Source: Klebsormidium nitens
Taxonomy: Eukaryota > Plantae > Klebsormidiophyceae
Reading direction: 5' to 3'
DNA: 64,000 bases
Assembly: GCA_000708835.1 (NCBI GenBank)
Contig: DF237469.1
Coordinates: forward strand, 1 to 64,000
In this document: positions 26,258 to 36,900 of the stretch, piece after piece
How the letters are laid out: each line of letters begins with the position of its first letter
Numbering within the stretch: the first letter of the stretch is position 1
Notes under the pieces: generated by a model
What the model was told of the DNA's origin: nothing
The model's input: the letters and a program-made list of their open reading frames with translations, nothing else
The model's database searches: none
Made by a program: the position numbers and the translations under genes

Positions 26258-29200
26258 ATGACGTCCCGTTCCAGCCTCTCCCCCCGCAACAACATCTCCG
26301 CCTTCGAGGCCGTCCTCGAGAGCGGGAGCTTCGACACCGGCAGCCCGCGGAGCTCCGGGGGATCCCCCCACCACTCCCCGCGTGCCGGCGCCCTCTCCTC
26401 CCGCGTCGGACGCAGCTCTTTCGGCGGGTACGGCGAAGAATACAGCTCGGATGCTGGAGGGGGGTCCCCCCGAGCTAGCACCGTCTCCCCCCGGGCAGGG
26501 GTCCCGGCTGGCAGCCCCCGGGCGGGGGCAGTGCCGCTGAGGGTGAGCCGGCACCATGTGCGGCAGTCTCCTCTGCGCCGGTCGACGAGCACGCGGCCGG
26601 CGAGCGTGACGATCCGGCTGAGCTGGCGCGTGTGGTTTCTGGTGGTCAGCGTGTTGGGTATGGCGTTGCTGCTTATCGCGATGCTGAGGATCGACCCGAA
26701 GGCGTACGACGCGGAGCGGGGGAGGGGGTTCGGGTGGGGCGCGGAGAGCCGCGCGATGCTCGAGCAGGTCTGGGAGGGGCGCAAGGTGAACCTCGGGAGG
26801 ATGGGGGGGGAGGGGTTTCAGAAGCTGGAAGATACCGGGGAAGTGTGGGAGGAGGACTTTGTCGACGACTTCGTGCATTCTGTCGGGAATGGAAGCGGGG
26901 CGGCGAGCGCACTGAATCGGATGGACATGCCGATGCGGCACATTCACGGGAAGACTGAGCCGTGCCTTCTGCTCTCCCCCCCTGAAAGAATCGAGAAGCT
27001 GCGGCTACCCCCCCCGACCCCGGGGCCTGTAAAGAAGCTGCTCTACTACTCCCTTCCCCCCGAAAAGAAGATTGTGGCGGAGCCAGGGACTGCAGAAGGG
27101 GAGGACTCTGGTCCGGGGGGTTTGGCCTGGATGTTTACAGGAAACCAATCGTTGGAAGAGCGGCGGAGGAGCTTTGAGGTACGGGAACAGATGGAGGTGT
27201 ACTGCGGGTTTGCGGATTCCGTGCCTGAGGAGTGGCGGCCGAGCGATGCGGAAGCTGAGGGGGTGGGGAGGGGAGATCGTGTGGCAGGCAGACGGCTTCT
27301 TGCATTGTCGGAGGAGGGAGAAGTCGATTCCGAACAGGCAACGTCTGACTTCGAAGGGTTGCCGTTAGAGAGAGGGGTTGCTGATCTGGGGGTTTTTGAA
27401 AGCCCTCACCAGGAGAGACGGCCCGTGAGAGGGCTCCTCGAGTTTGATATGGGGGCTGGTGCCATAGGCGAGAGCAACTTAATGGGGGCAGAGGAAGGGA
27501 AAGACGCGAGTAAGGAGGCTGGGGGAGAGGGCGAGAGCGCTGTAAGCGAAAGATTGGCGGGCAGTGGGCCATTCTTTCAAATGGACGAGAGGGATATGAT
27601 CGACATTCGGCGGTGCAAGGTAGCCGTGATTACGGCGGCGTTTGGGGGCGGGGACGAGCTGTACCAGCCGATAGGCGCAACAAAAGTTGCGCTGAAGAAG
27701 GTGTGTTGCTCTGTTTTCCTCATTTTGTGCACAGTTTCGTGCAATTAAGACTGAACTCTGACTGCAACTCTTCAATTGAAGAATTGCTGCAAGGTCGAGT
27801 TTGGTTTTTCTCGTGGTCTCTAATCACCAATCAGTCAGTGACTCACCTTTTGGAGGAGTCTGCTGTTACTCAGGTCATACAATTCGGATACCATGCGGGT
27901 TTCAGAGGTCCCTTCTGCCTCGAGAAGCAAACAGCCAGAGAATCTATGTAGTTTTTGGAGCGTCCGGACTAGCCTGTCTCTACAGAGTTCCAAAATACAC
28001 ACTCGAAATCAGACTGCCTGGCGGGTGGGCACTCGACTCTCTCGCTTTCCTTGGCCCACCTTCTTTGTATGCGGTGACGTTCGAATTCAGTGCTCTTTCG
28101 GAGTCCCTTTCACGCTGCACGCGTAACAGATCAAGGGTCTGGCTTGAGGGCAGTTTAACCCAGTACCTCACTCTTCCCCAGGTTTGCTACATCGCCTTTT
28201 GGGACGAGGTGACGTTGGAGGTCCAAGGCGCTGCGGGGTTCGTTCGCGATAGGGACACGCGGAAGATCGGGCGGTGGCGCGTTGTCGTGGTCTCCAACCT
28301 GCCGTTCTCGGACCAGCGGCGCAACGGCAAGATCCCCAAGATGCTCGCGCACCGGGTTATGCCAAACCTTCGGTACTCCATTTGGGTGGACAGGTCAGTA
28401 AACTTGTTTCCCTTCTGCCTGAGGTGATTTGGGCGTCGGATTGCAAGGGTTTCGAAAAAGAGCCCACAGACAGGGTGAAGGCGAAGATTGGGGTAGGGAG
28501 TGCAATTTATTGAAAAGCGAAACTCTTCTGCCCCTTGCACTTCGGCGACCTGTTGGGCGTGCTTTTCCCCTGACCTGACAGGAGTCTCCACACATCTTCA
28601 CTTCCAAGACATCGCAATATGTTTAAATACTTGTTACTTCTGTCCCCGCAGTAAAGTCGCAGATTCATTGGGACCCCTGCAATCGTGGTACAGTGCAAAT
28701 CAGACATAGCGAATTGTGTCCCGACTGACCAGACAGAAGATTTTCAGTGCAATTGAATCTCCAGGTTATCAACAGTTTGTTGAAGCACTTTGCAGATGGC
28801 AGCGAGCCGCAGTTTCAGCACCTGTTGGGCGTGGCAACATAGACAAAGCCGAAGGTCCATGGGTAAACCTAATAGTATCTTAGTCAGTCATCTTTGCATG
28901 TCAGTGAACCTTTAACCCTTCAGATCGTCAACAGCTTCTTGAAATTAGGAACGTTTCTGCTCCGGAGCAGCCAGTCCTACTTCCGGCGCGGCTCGCTGGG
29001 GGTGCTGGAAGCGCTACTGTGGATGATCAGACATTGTCCAGAATGATCTACTTTGTTGGATCACAAACCCCTTTCGCTCCCTGCAGCAAGTCGCAATTCG
29101 GCAGAATCCTTCGGGCGTGCTTATTTGCCACCCTGACATGCTGAAAGCAACTTGACAGACACATGCCAACCTACAGATCATGCTTTTATCAAAAACTGAA

Positions 29201-31505
29201 TCTTCTGCTCCGTGCAGCAAGTCTCAGTTTCGGCGCGACCCGCTGGGCGAGCTGGAGGCGCTACTGTGGATTCTAAGTAAAATCTTTAGAATTGTTATAC
29301 TAGTTTCGTTGGTACTATTACTCAGGTCTTTTGGTCCCTTGGCCAGACAAGTCTACGAGGTTTCGGCGCGACCCGCGTGGGCCNNNNNNNNNNNNNNNNN
29401 NNNNNNNNNNNNNNNNNNNNNNNNNNNNNNNNNNNNNNNNNNNNNNNNNNNNNNNNNNNNNNNNNNNNNNNNNNNNNNNNNNNNNNNNNNNNNNNNNNNN
29501 NNNNCGTCCACGTTTTACCGGTTCCGTCGGTACCCGACCTAGGGTCGGTAGTACGTCGGTAGGGACGGTCTACTAGTTCGGTAAAGTATACGTAAACTAC
29601 TTACGAATGTTATCAGTTCGTGGACATTCTCAGGCTTTTGTCCCTGCAGCAAGTCTCAGTTTCGGCGCGACCCGCTGGGCGTGCTGGAAGGCTGCGCTGA
29701 AAGGAAAGATGACATCTCAGGCTGTTGTTAGTTTGTTGAAATCCTCATTCTTCTGTCCGCGCAGCAAGTCTCAGTTTCGGCGCGACCCGCTGGGCGTGCT
29801 GGAGGCGCTGCTGTGGAATACTATGAACAACTCTCAAAATGTTATTAGTTCGTCAAATTCTCAGGCTTCTGTCCCTGCAGCAAGTCTCGGTTTCGGCGCG
29901 ACCCGCTGGGCGTGCTGCAAGGCTGCGCTGAAAGGAAAGATGCAATCTTCATATTGTTATCAGTTTGTTGAAATACTCATTCTTCTGTTCCCGCAGCAAG
30001 TCGCAGTTCCGGCGGGACCCGCTGGGCGTGCTGGAGGCGCTGCTGTGGAAGACCGGCAAGCAGCTGGCTATCAGCGAGCACGGCGCGCGCAGCTGCGTGT
30101 ACGCCGAGGGGGAGGCCGTCGTGCACAAGCACAAGGCGGGGCCAGAGGAGGTCAAGCGCCAGCTCGATTTTTACCGTGCAGGTGGGCAGGGGTTTTGTGT
30201 GGTTTGCATTTTTTGAGTTCCGCTTTGTCTCCTTTGCAACAAGGGTTTTGAGGTGGGTAGCCTACGGCACATCTTCCGCTACGCGCCGAGCAATCGTAGG
30301 GCCGGAGGAGATCAAGTGCCTGCTCGACTTCTACCGCGCTGGTGGGCAGGGGCTTTGATCTTTCCACTTCCAACTGGAAAGTTTGTCGTTCCATGATCTT
30401 CGTTTCGTCGCTTCGAGGCTAAAAAGATGGACTCCTCTGCCAAGATGAGGGGCTGTTAGGGTCACGTTTGCCTGGATCTTTGCAGAACGGCAGGTTATCT
30501 CGGCTTTTCGTTGTTGTGTTGTTTGGTTGCGGCAAAAAGAATTCGGAGGGGAGGATCCACAGGGCGTCTCCGGGTGATCGTACGAAGTCTCAGTATGGAA
30601 TTGCATTATCCAACAAGAAGCTGAGGTTTGACCTCAGCTCGCTTCCTACGGCGCAGGAGCAGGGTTCGTTCTGTTCGCGCTTCTTTCCTCTGTTTTCGTC
30701 CTCTTCTTCTGTTTTTGTGTTGCTTGCGATCGCATCTAGTGTTCAAGGTGGTTGATGCTGGGCATCTCCTGACAAGAAGTGTTTGTTCTGAGGCTATCAT
30801 CCGGCGAGCTTGTCACGTGCCCCAGCGGAAGCTCGATTCGAGTAGACACGTTGCGGGACCATTTGACGGTGTAGTAGTGGGTTTGGTTCAATGATGGTGC
30901 ATTCTGTGCCCACTGGACCAAAGTGTTGGCAGCATATACCCTCGTCTGCCGGGCATGCCCGTCCGTGCTTTGTGCGAACATTGGTTGACGTCTTAACTGA
31001 TCTCCCGCGTTTCTGCAAATGTCTTTCTCGGAATTTAGCGTGTCGAATCTGTCAGTCGGGCTGCGAAGGTCAAGTCTGGGCTCGGGTTTGGATCATCTCA
31101 GCAGGGTTCTTTTAAAAAAGAACGAGGTTTTTCGAGCTTTCAATTTCGCAGCCTTCCTTCCCATATCTGGGGATGACGTTGGTGCACGAGTGGTCTCAAC
31201 AAGTCTCTTGTTTTGATGACGCAGAGGGCTTGCCTGAAAATGCCACATTTGACGGGAAGAAGGCCCTGGCAGAGGCGTCAGTGATCGTGCGGGAGCACTC
31301 TCCACTGGCCAATCTCTTCATGTGCAATTGGTTCAATGAGGGGGTCCGCTTCACACCTAGAGATCAGTTGAGTTTCGGTCATGTCCTCAGGAGATTAGAC
31401 TCGCTTCACATCAAAATGTTCCCTGTGTGCACAAGAAAAGCTCTCGTCAACTCGATAGGGCACACTCGGAAGGCGAAGCCACTATCAAAAGTAGAGGATA
31501 CATAA
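26258..31505 (+). CDS. DUF616 (TOD1/MUCI70-like) type II membrane putative glycosyltransferase, 4 exons, 706 aa
   Basis: Exons 26258-27700, 28182-28393, 29997-30181, 31225-31505. TM segment VWFLVVSVLGMALLLIAML. Motifs VYCGF, AAFGGGDELYQP, VCYIAFWDEVT, LPFSDQRRNGKIPKMLAHR, YSIWVDSKSQFRRDPLGVLEALLW, LAISEHGARS, EASVIVREH, LFMCNWFNE..RFTPRDQLSF. Confidence 0.92.
28530..29996 (+). repeat. Tandem array of decaying ~116-131 bp copies of the exon-3 acceptor plus exon start, inside DUF616 intron 2
   Basis: CAG|CAAGTC(T/G)CAGTTTCGGCGCGACCCGCTGGGCGTGCTG-like copies with the AG ending at 28970, 29086, 29217, ~29346 (noisy), 29649, 29764 and 29880; the true acceptor ends at 29996. More eroded copies lie near 28540, 28650 and 28800. 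Confidence 0.88.
29384..29504. other. Assembly gap (121 N) inside the tandem array
   Basis: Run of N; the flanks look like error-rich versions of the repeat unit. Confidence 0.95.
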
Positions 31506-31894
31506 TGGGGGAAAACCAGTAACGAGGAGTGTAAGATTTATTCGTACAAAAGAAATGAGGTCTTCTTATAGACACAAGTGCGCGCGCTATTACTTCGTGT
31601 TCATCACAAGTACTTGCAACACCTCAAGTTCGGTAGCCACAGCGCTCGAACATACATCCTGATCTAAGCTTTGGCAATCGTGCTCTACTATTGTCACAAC
31701 CAGCCACTTATCAAGCAATGGCTCCAGCTGAGTGGCTCACGTTGCATGCGTCAAAAGTCAAGCGTCAACGATCGTATGTATGCCATGAGAAGCCTACGGC
31801 CGAACTGGCTGGCGTACTTGAAAAGAGACCATCGTCCTACACATGGGATTCGTCCACTTGGCCGGACTTGGCCTAGCTCGATCATTTATGCACG

Positions 31895-31921
31895 GCGGGC
31901 CCGCGCCCGGCCGCCGCTAGT
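31895..31921 (+). mobile_element. Possible Helitron-type 3' terminus
   Basis: GC palindrome GCGGGCCCGC (31895-31904), 12-nt spacer, CTAG (31917-31920), then T. The 5' end was not identified. Confidence 0.3.
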
Positions 31922-32544
31922 TTGCATGAGATGCCGCGAAGCTCTTTGGAAGCTAGGTGTGCACATGGATCTTGCAACATGAGCCATGCCTCAATCAAGT
32001 GGGCGGCCGCATGCTGCGAATGATCTCTATCTTGTATAAACTAGAATTGAACCGTGCAATTAAAGCCTTGACTAGGCAACCTGGCATGCCAACTGTGGGC
32101 TCCGGGCATGGCGGCCCTCTTCAATCACGTGGAAACCACTTAGTAGAGCTCGGCGTCCACAATTTTGGCTCACCAAGAGCAGAATCAAGGTTTACTTGAT
32201 TGATTGCATCAACTACCACTGCCAAGAGAAGGAATGGTCTTATGAGGTGTAAGAAACCAGACCTTCGGTTGGCATCCTTATATCAAGGCCTGTTGTTCCA
32301 CTTTTTGAGAAAGATCCGGAATCTTATTCATCTGCACGCCCATGAAACATGGATAAAGAACAAAGCCTGTACATATACAGCGACGGTTGCAGCTACACAT
32401 CCTTTGAAGTACTCTAGTAGGACCTGGATATGACAAGTGAGTCATGATAGCCGCTTGCTCCTCACGACTGGTTTGTAACGACCAAAGTTCGTAAATCTAC
32501 ATGATGGTTAGGGATGGTTGCTCACGGACAGATTTTCATAGGAC

Positions 32545-33204
32545 TCAAGTAGGACCTGGAAAAGATTTGAAGTACTCCGTGATAGCCGCTTGCTTCTCAC
32601 GACTTGTTCCTTGTGATGATGCATCTTTTGTAGCTTGCTTGTCTCGATCTTTATCCTCCGCTTCCTCCGCTTCCCCTTTCCCATCATACACAACTTTGTT
32701 GTCTGAAACCCTTCCCCAGGCGGTAAAGTTGTGGTCTTCCTTTCCCCCTGGCCTCAACAAATGTTGTACTCGGACTGGCTTGGTGGCAAGAAGGGCATCA
32801 GAGATGAGAGATCTATGACACATTCTCGGATTCAACTCCGCACACATGACTGCCACCGTTTTCTCTTGTCCAAGATCGACGAGCATGTCAAGTGCTTTTT
32901 GGAAATCTTCTGTTTGCATGTAATCTGCAAAGCCTCTGAATGACGAACTCCGCCAAGCCGTGTTGAAAGAGTGTTCAATGGGTTTTCGAAAACCTCCTAA
33001 TTTCTTTATGTGCTGGTAGGTGATACCTGCTTGTGCCAACAAAGCTGGCATGGTCCCATCTTTGTTGAATTGGGGATTTGTGCGGGACTTCGGGACAGTC
33101 CTCACGTCAAGGAGGACATTTACCCTCACCTCAGACAGCATTTCAATCAGTTCCTCAAGGGACCTCGTTCCATGCCCCACTGTGAAGACCGTCACCGAGG
33201 CCAT
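32545..33204 (-). CDS. DUF488 family protein with an intronless CDS and an acidic/PIP-box C-terminal tail (upstream in-frame ATG at 33237)
   Basis: Motifs VFTVGHGTRSLEELIEML, LLDVRTVPKSRTNPQFN, YQHIKKLGGFRK, WRSSSFRGFADYMQTEDFQKAL, AVMCAELNPRMCHRSLISDALL, characteristic of prokaryote-type DUF488 proteins. An acceptor-like GCGCAG near 33244 suggests a 5' UTR intron. Confidence 0.88.
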   Translation of the reverse strand: MASVTVFTVGHGTRSLEELIEMLSEVRVNVLLDVRTVPKSRTNPQFNKDGTMPALLAQAGITYQHIKKLGGFRKPIEHSFNTAWRSSSFRGFADYMQTEDFQKALDMLVDLGQEKTVAVMCAELNPRMCHRSLISDALLATKPVRVQHLLRPGGKEDHNFTAWGRVSDNKVVYDGKGEAEEAEDKDRDKQATKDASSQGTSREKQAAITEYFKSFPGPT

Positions 33205-33910
33205 GCTTCTGGATACCACGGTGCCGCATGCGTGCATTAAACCTGCGCCTTAGATGGTGCTGAACATGCTCAGGAACACTGCGCCTCCTTTCACCCTACA
33301 CAGACGATGGTGCACGTCACCCTGCAGTGCAGCATATTTTCCAGGAGATTGAGCTCCACTCAAATCCAGGAAGGCAGCTGACATAGAGCAGCTAGTACCA
33401 GCTCACGACGACGGCCATGTGACCTGTCGAATGCTGTTCAGCAAGGCATGACGCAAATTGCAGTGGCAAAGTCGAAGCCTGATCAACGAAGGTGGCAAGA
33501 AAGCCTCTGCAGAGAATGCTGCGCTGTCGTCCTCTCGAATCCGTATTTAGACGCCGAAACTAACGAAGTAGAGTTTCAAGATGAGGTATCGATCGTCATC
33601 GAAAGAGGTGCGTCACCTCCACAAAGCTTGATGGCCATGGGCCTGACATTTAACGAGGGAGTTCCTCGTGACTTGAGCAGATCAGTGCCGAAGGCGCAGA
33701 AAGGCGCGCAGCTCCTGGTTGGCATCTGGCAGAGGGTTGGCAGAGCCGCACAGCAAGGCAACTCCGCTTGGACGTGCAGCTTGTGAAGGTAGATTGTTGC
33801 AGACCAGGAGGTCACGCCCCTGCACGCCTGGTCGGGCTGTGTTGCTGAAGTGGCCATCCGGTTCCGAGTCATATCAATCTTGTTTTGCGGTCCGTTCCGA
33901 AATTTGCAAG

Positions 33911-36900
33911 ATGGGGCAGAACATGTCCTTGGAAGAAAAGGTACGCTATTACTCCTGTGAAAGACAAGTGCATGCCTGCTGCGTGTGATCTTGTCAGCGC
34001 AGTAGGGATCTTGTTGCCACTCTGTGCGTTTCTCCAGAATCCTTGCAGTATCTTGATGCAAAGGTGTTCAGACATGACACGCTTGTAAATACAGACACGC
34101 TCCTATGTCTCTGCAGGTGTATGTGTGCACCACCAAGGGGGACATTGCTAACCTTCGCAAGTTGAGAAGCAACGGCGCAGGACTGGAGGTATGCTTCATC
34201 ATCAGCTTTCTTGATCTCCCTTGTTCCATCTGACTTGGATTTTCTCAAAATTTCAATCTGCATCGTTCTTGCGGGGGTCCTTTGGTTTCTCTGTTGAAAA
34301 TTCAGTCATCGCCTGAATGTTGCATGCACACGAGTCTAGCATATACAAGTCACAGGGCAGCCTCTGTCAAGAAACCCCAAGCATTTGGAAGCATGGCTGG
34401 CAAGAGAGGAGCATTAGGTAGGCCGGCTCCAGTTTCAGCTGATTCACACCTCACCGTGTAAAACTTTTTCCATCTGCCAAATGTCAGTGGCCATTTACGA
34501 CTCCATCTTCTGATGAGTTTCCTCATTTGAACCAAGGTTTCTCACTTTTGAAAGTCCAGGGGAAACCCCAGGGTGAGACTATCTAATCTCTGAGTCTTGA
34601 TGTATGTGTTTGCAGTGGACGGATCCTAAGGGTCGCACTTCACTGATGTATGCATGCAATCATGCGGAGCTTTATGAAACAGCGAAGACCTTGTTGGAGC
34701 TGGGAGCAGAGAAAAATGCGTTCCGGCCACGTAAGTACTTGATGAACAACAGGTTAAGATGTTGCAAAAGATCAACTTTGTTTGGGAATTCTTTTTGAGT
34801 AGACTTTGGTGGTCATTTGTGCAATCTTCAATGCACTTGTCCTGTACATTCTGGCATTGTGGCAAATTTTGGCTCCTCCTTTATTGTGCAAGAATTCCCA
34901 CTCTGAGAACCTTTCAAAACAAGAAGACATTGAATTAAGAAGACAATAAGACAGGACAGTTGACTTTCTGCATTAGAATCTTATTAGCTTTTCCCATTGA
35001 ACCCTAATGCGGGGTTTTTGCCTCCTGTTATTTGCTGTGCTTATATGTTGCACGGTTGGCACTTGCTGATATAAGTCGAAGCAATGCTGTTGTTACAGGT
35101 GAGGGTGGAGGGACGCCGCTACATCATGCCGCCAGGCAAGGGCAGGAGCGGATTGCTGCTCTGCTGCTTTCATACAATGGTGAGGAAGTTATCAAGGATC
35201 GAGAAGTAGGATAAGATGTGTGGATCCTAGAAGGTAGGAAAATGTAGACGGGTTCAGGCACTAAGAGATCCCGCACCAGGTTGTAAACTTGGTGCAGGAT
35301 GTTTGCTCTGAAGGTTGTTCCTAGGCTGGAAGTCGTAAAAAATGGTGATGATGTGACCGACGTCTCTTTAAAGTTCGAAGCTGGTGCTTCTGCTTCATTG
35401 TGAGTTAGGAGGGGCCCTCTGGAGAAGGGACTTGTTTTCAAGACTGGTGTCATCTCCTGGATTGATTAATTTTGGAAGAGCAAACTGAACGCAACGACCG
35501 TTTTGAAGACAGGCGCTTACCTTCTGATAGCTAGTTACGGACACCGGCCTGGACTTCCCTGTTGAAACTGCAGTGTTGTGTCTTCTGCAGCGAATCCTTT
35601 CGTCGTGAACGATGAGAATGAGACGGCACATGACATTGCAAGGCGATCTGGCTATGTTGGGGTGGTTCGTGCCATTGAGGTAGGTTTTTGGCTTCACCAG
35701 TTTGTCCCTCATTGTTGGAAGACGTTCTTGCTTGTGACTTTGGTGAGGTTGCTGTCGCATTTGCAGCAACCGAGGATTTTGACAGTAGCATGGCATGGTT
35801 GACGTGTACGGACACTCTTTGCAGAAAAAGCAGATATTTTTGGATATCGCATGTGCTTTCTTCTTGTGAGAGCTTGTCATGCACATGAAACAGCTCTTCA
35901 AACCTGCTTGTATACGAACTCTAGCACATTTGTAGAGGTATCTGGTCTAGGGTGCTCTTGGCCAAGGTTTTCTTTTCACCCGGAAGTGGCGATGTCTCTG
36001 CATCTCAAGCCGTTGCTCTATTTACTGTTGCAGCAAAAGATCTCCTTGTTTGCGGCACCCATGAGGGAGCAGACGGGAAGCGCCCCAGGGTTTCTGGAGA
36101 AGTTTGTGTCGCAGTTCATCTTCACAAACGTGTGAGTTCTCCCTTCTTTCTGATTGTCGCATTGTGTAACACCGTCATCAACATTACCATTTCACACTGG
36201 AGTGCAGTAATGTTGTCCCCTTCTATGTTATGTAAACTGGTCCTGATCTAAGTACAGGTTCGACCAAGTTTCCACTCGTCTGCGTAGGTGCAGCACCAAG
36301 ACTTGCTGATACTCATTCTCAAATGGCATGTCTTTTGAGCTGACTGCTGTAAGTATCGATTTTCAATACTCTGATAATGAAGTGAAGGCTTTGGTCTCGC
36401 TGCAGGTATGTGGTGGTGATCCCCAGCCGGCCTGATATGAACAAGCCTCCAACGTTCATCCTCATGGTGTACCCCTCTGATAGGGTGAGTCAGCTTCCGC
36501 AATCTGTGCACAGTGGGGTACGTCATTTTTCTGATCCGTGTAAGAAAGAGACTGACATGCAGCAAAGCTGCATGACACTGGATCTGAAAAGTCGAGTGGA
36601 CAGAGCTTGTCAGATTACATCTTGACCCCGTTGCTTTATGAAAGGACATCAAGTGGGATAGCTGTTCATCTTATAAACATACGTCGTAGAAGATGAATGA
36701 AATTGCTCCGAAAGGCAACCTTGCCTACCAGACACTCTTTATCTGATGACCTGCCCACCACTAGGGTAGCGTCGAAAAGAAGGTGTGTGAGAGGTTTTTT
36801 AGAAAGCCGGGGCAAGAACTGCCTTAAAAGCAGATCCTTTCAAAGTGCTGCTAGAGCTGGTTAGAGGACTCTGTACTTGTACTGCAGGTGGCGTCTCCCA

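Noticed and set aside
26150-26958. Several overlapping ORFs of 100-265 aa
   Set aside because: GC-rich alternative-frame or antisense shadows of DUF616 exon 1.
29180-29576. ORFs spanning the first gap and SKSQFRRDPLG peptides as a separate gene
   Set aside because: These are gap artefacts plus intronic echoes of DUF616 exon 3; they lack valid frame continuity.
28530-29996. CRISPR-like repeat-spacer array
   Set aside because: Eukaryotic intron; the units are whole-length duplicates of exon-junction sequence with no unique spacers and no cas genes. The same applies to the 3318-4245 array.
33448-34061. ORFs of 112 and 161 aa between DUF488 and XBAT35
   Set aside because: No recognisable motifs; they overlap the promoter, 5' UTR and first exon of neighbouring genes.
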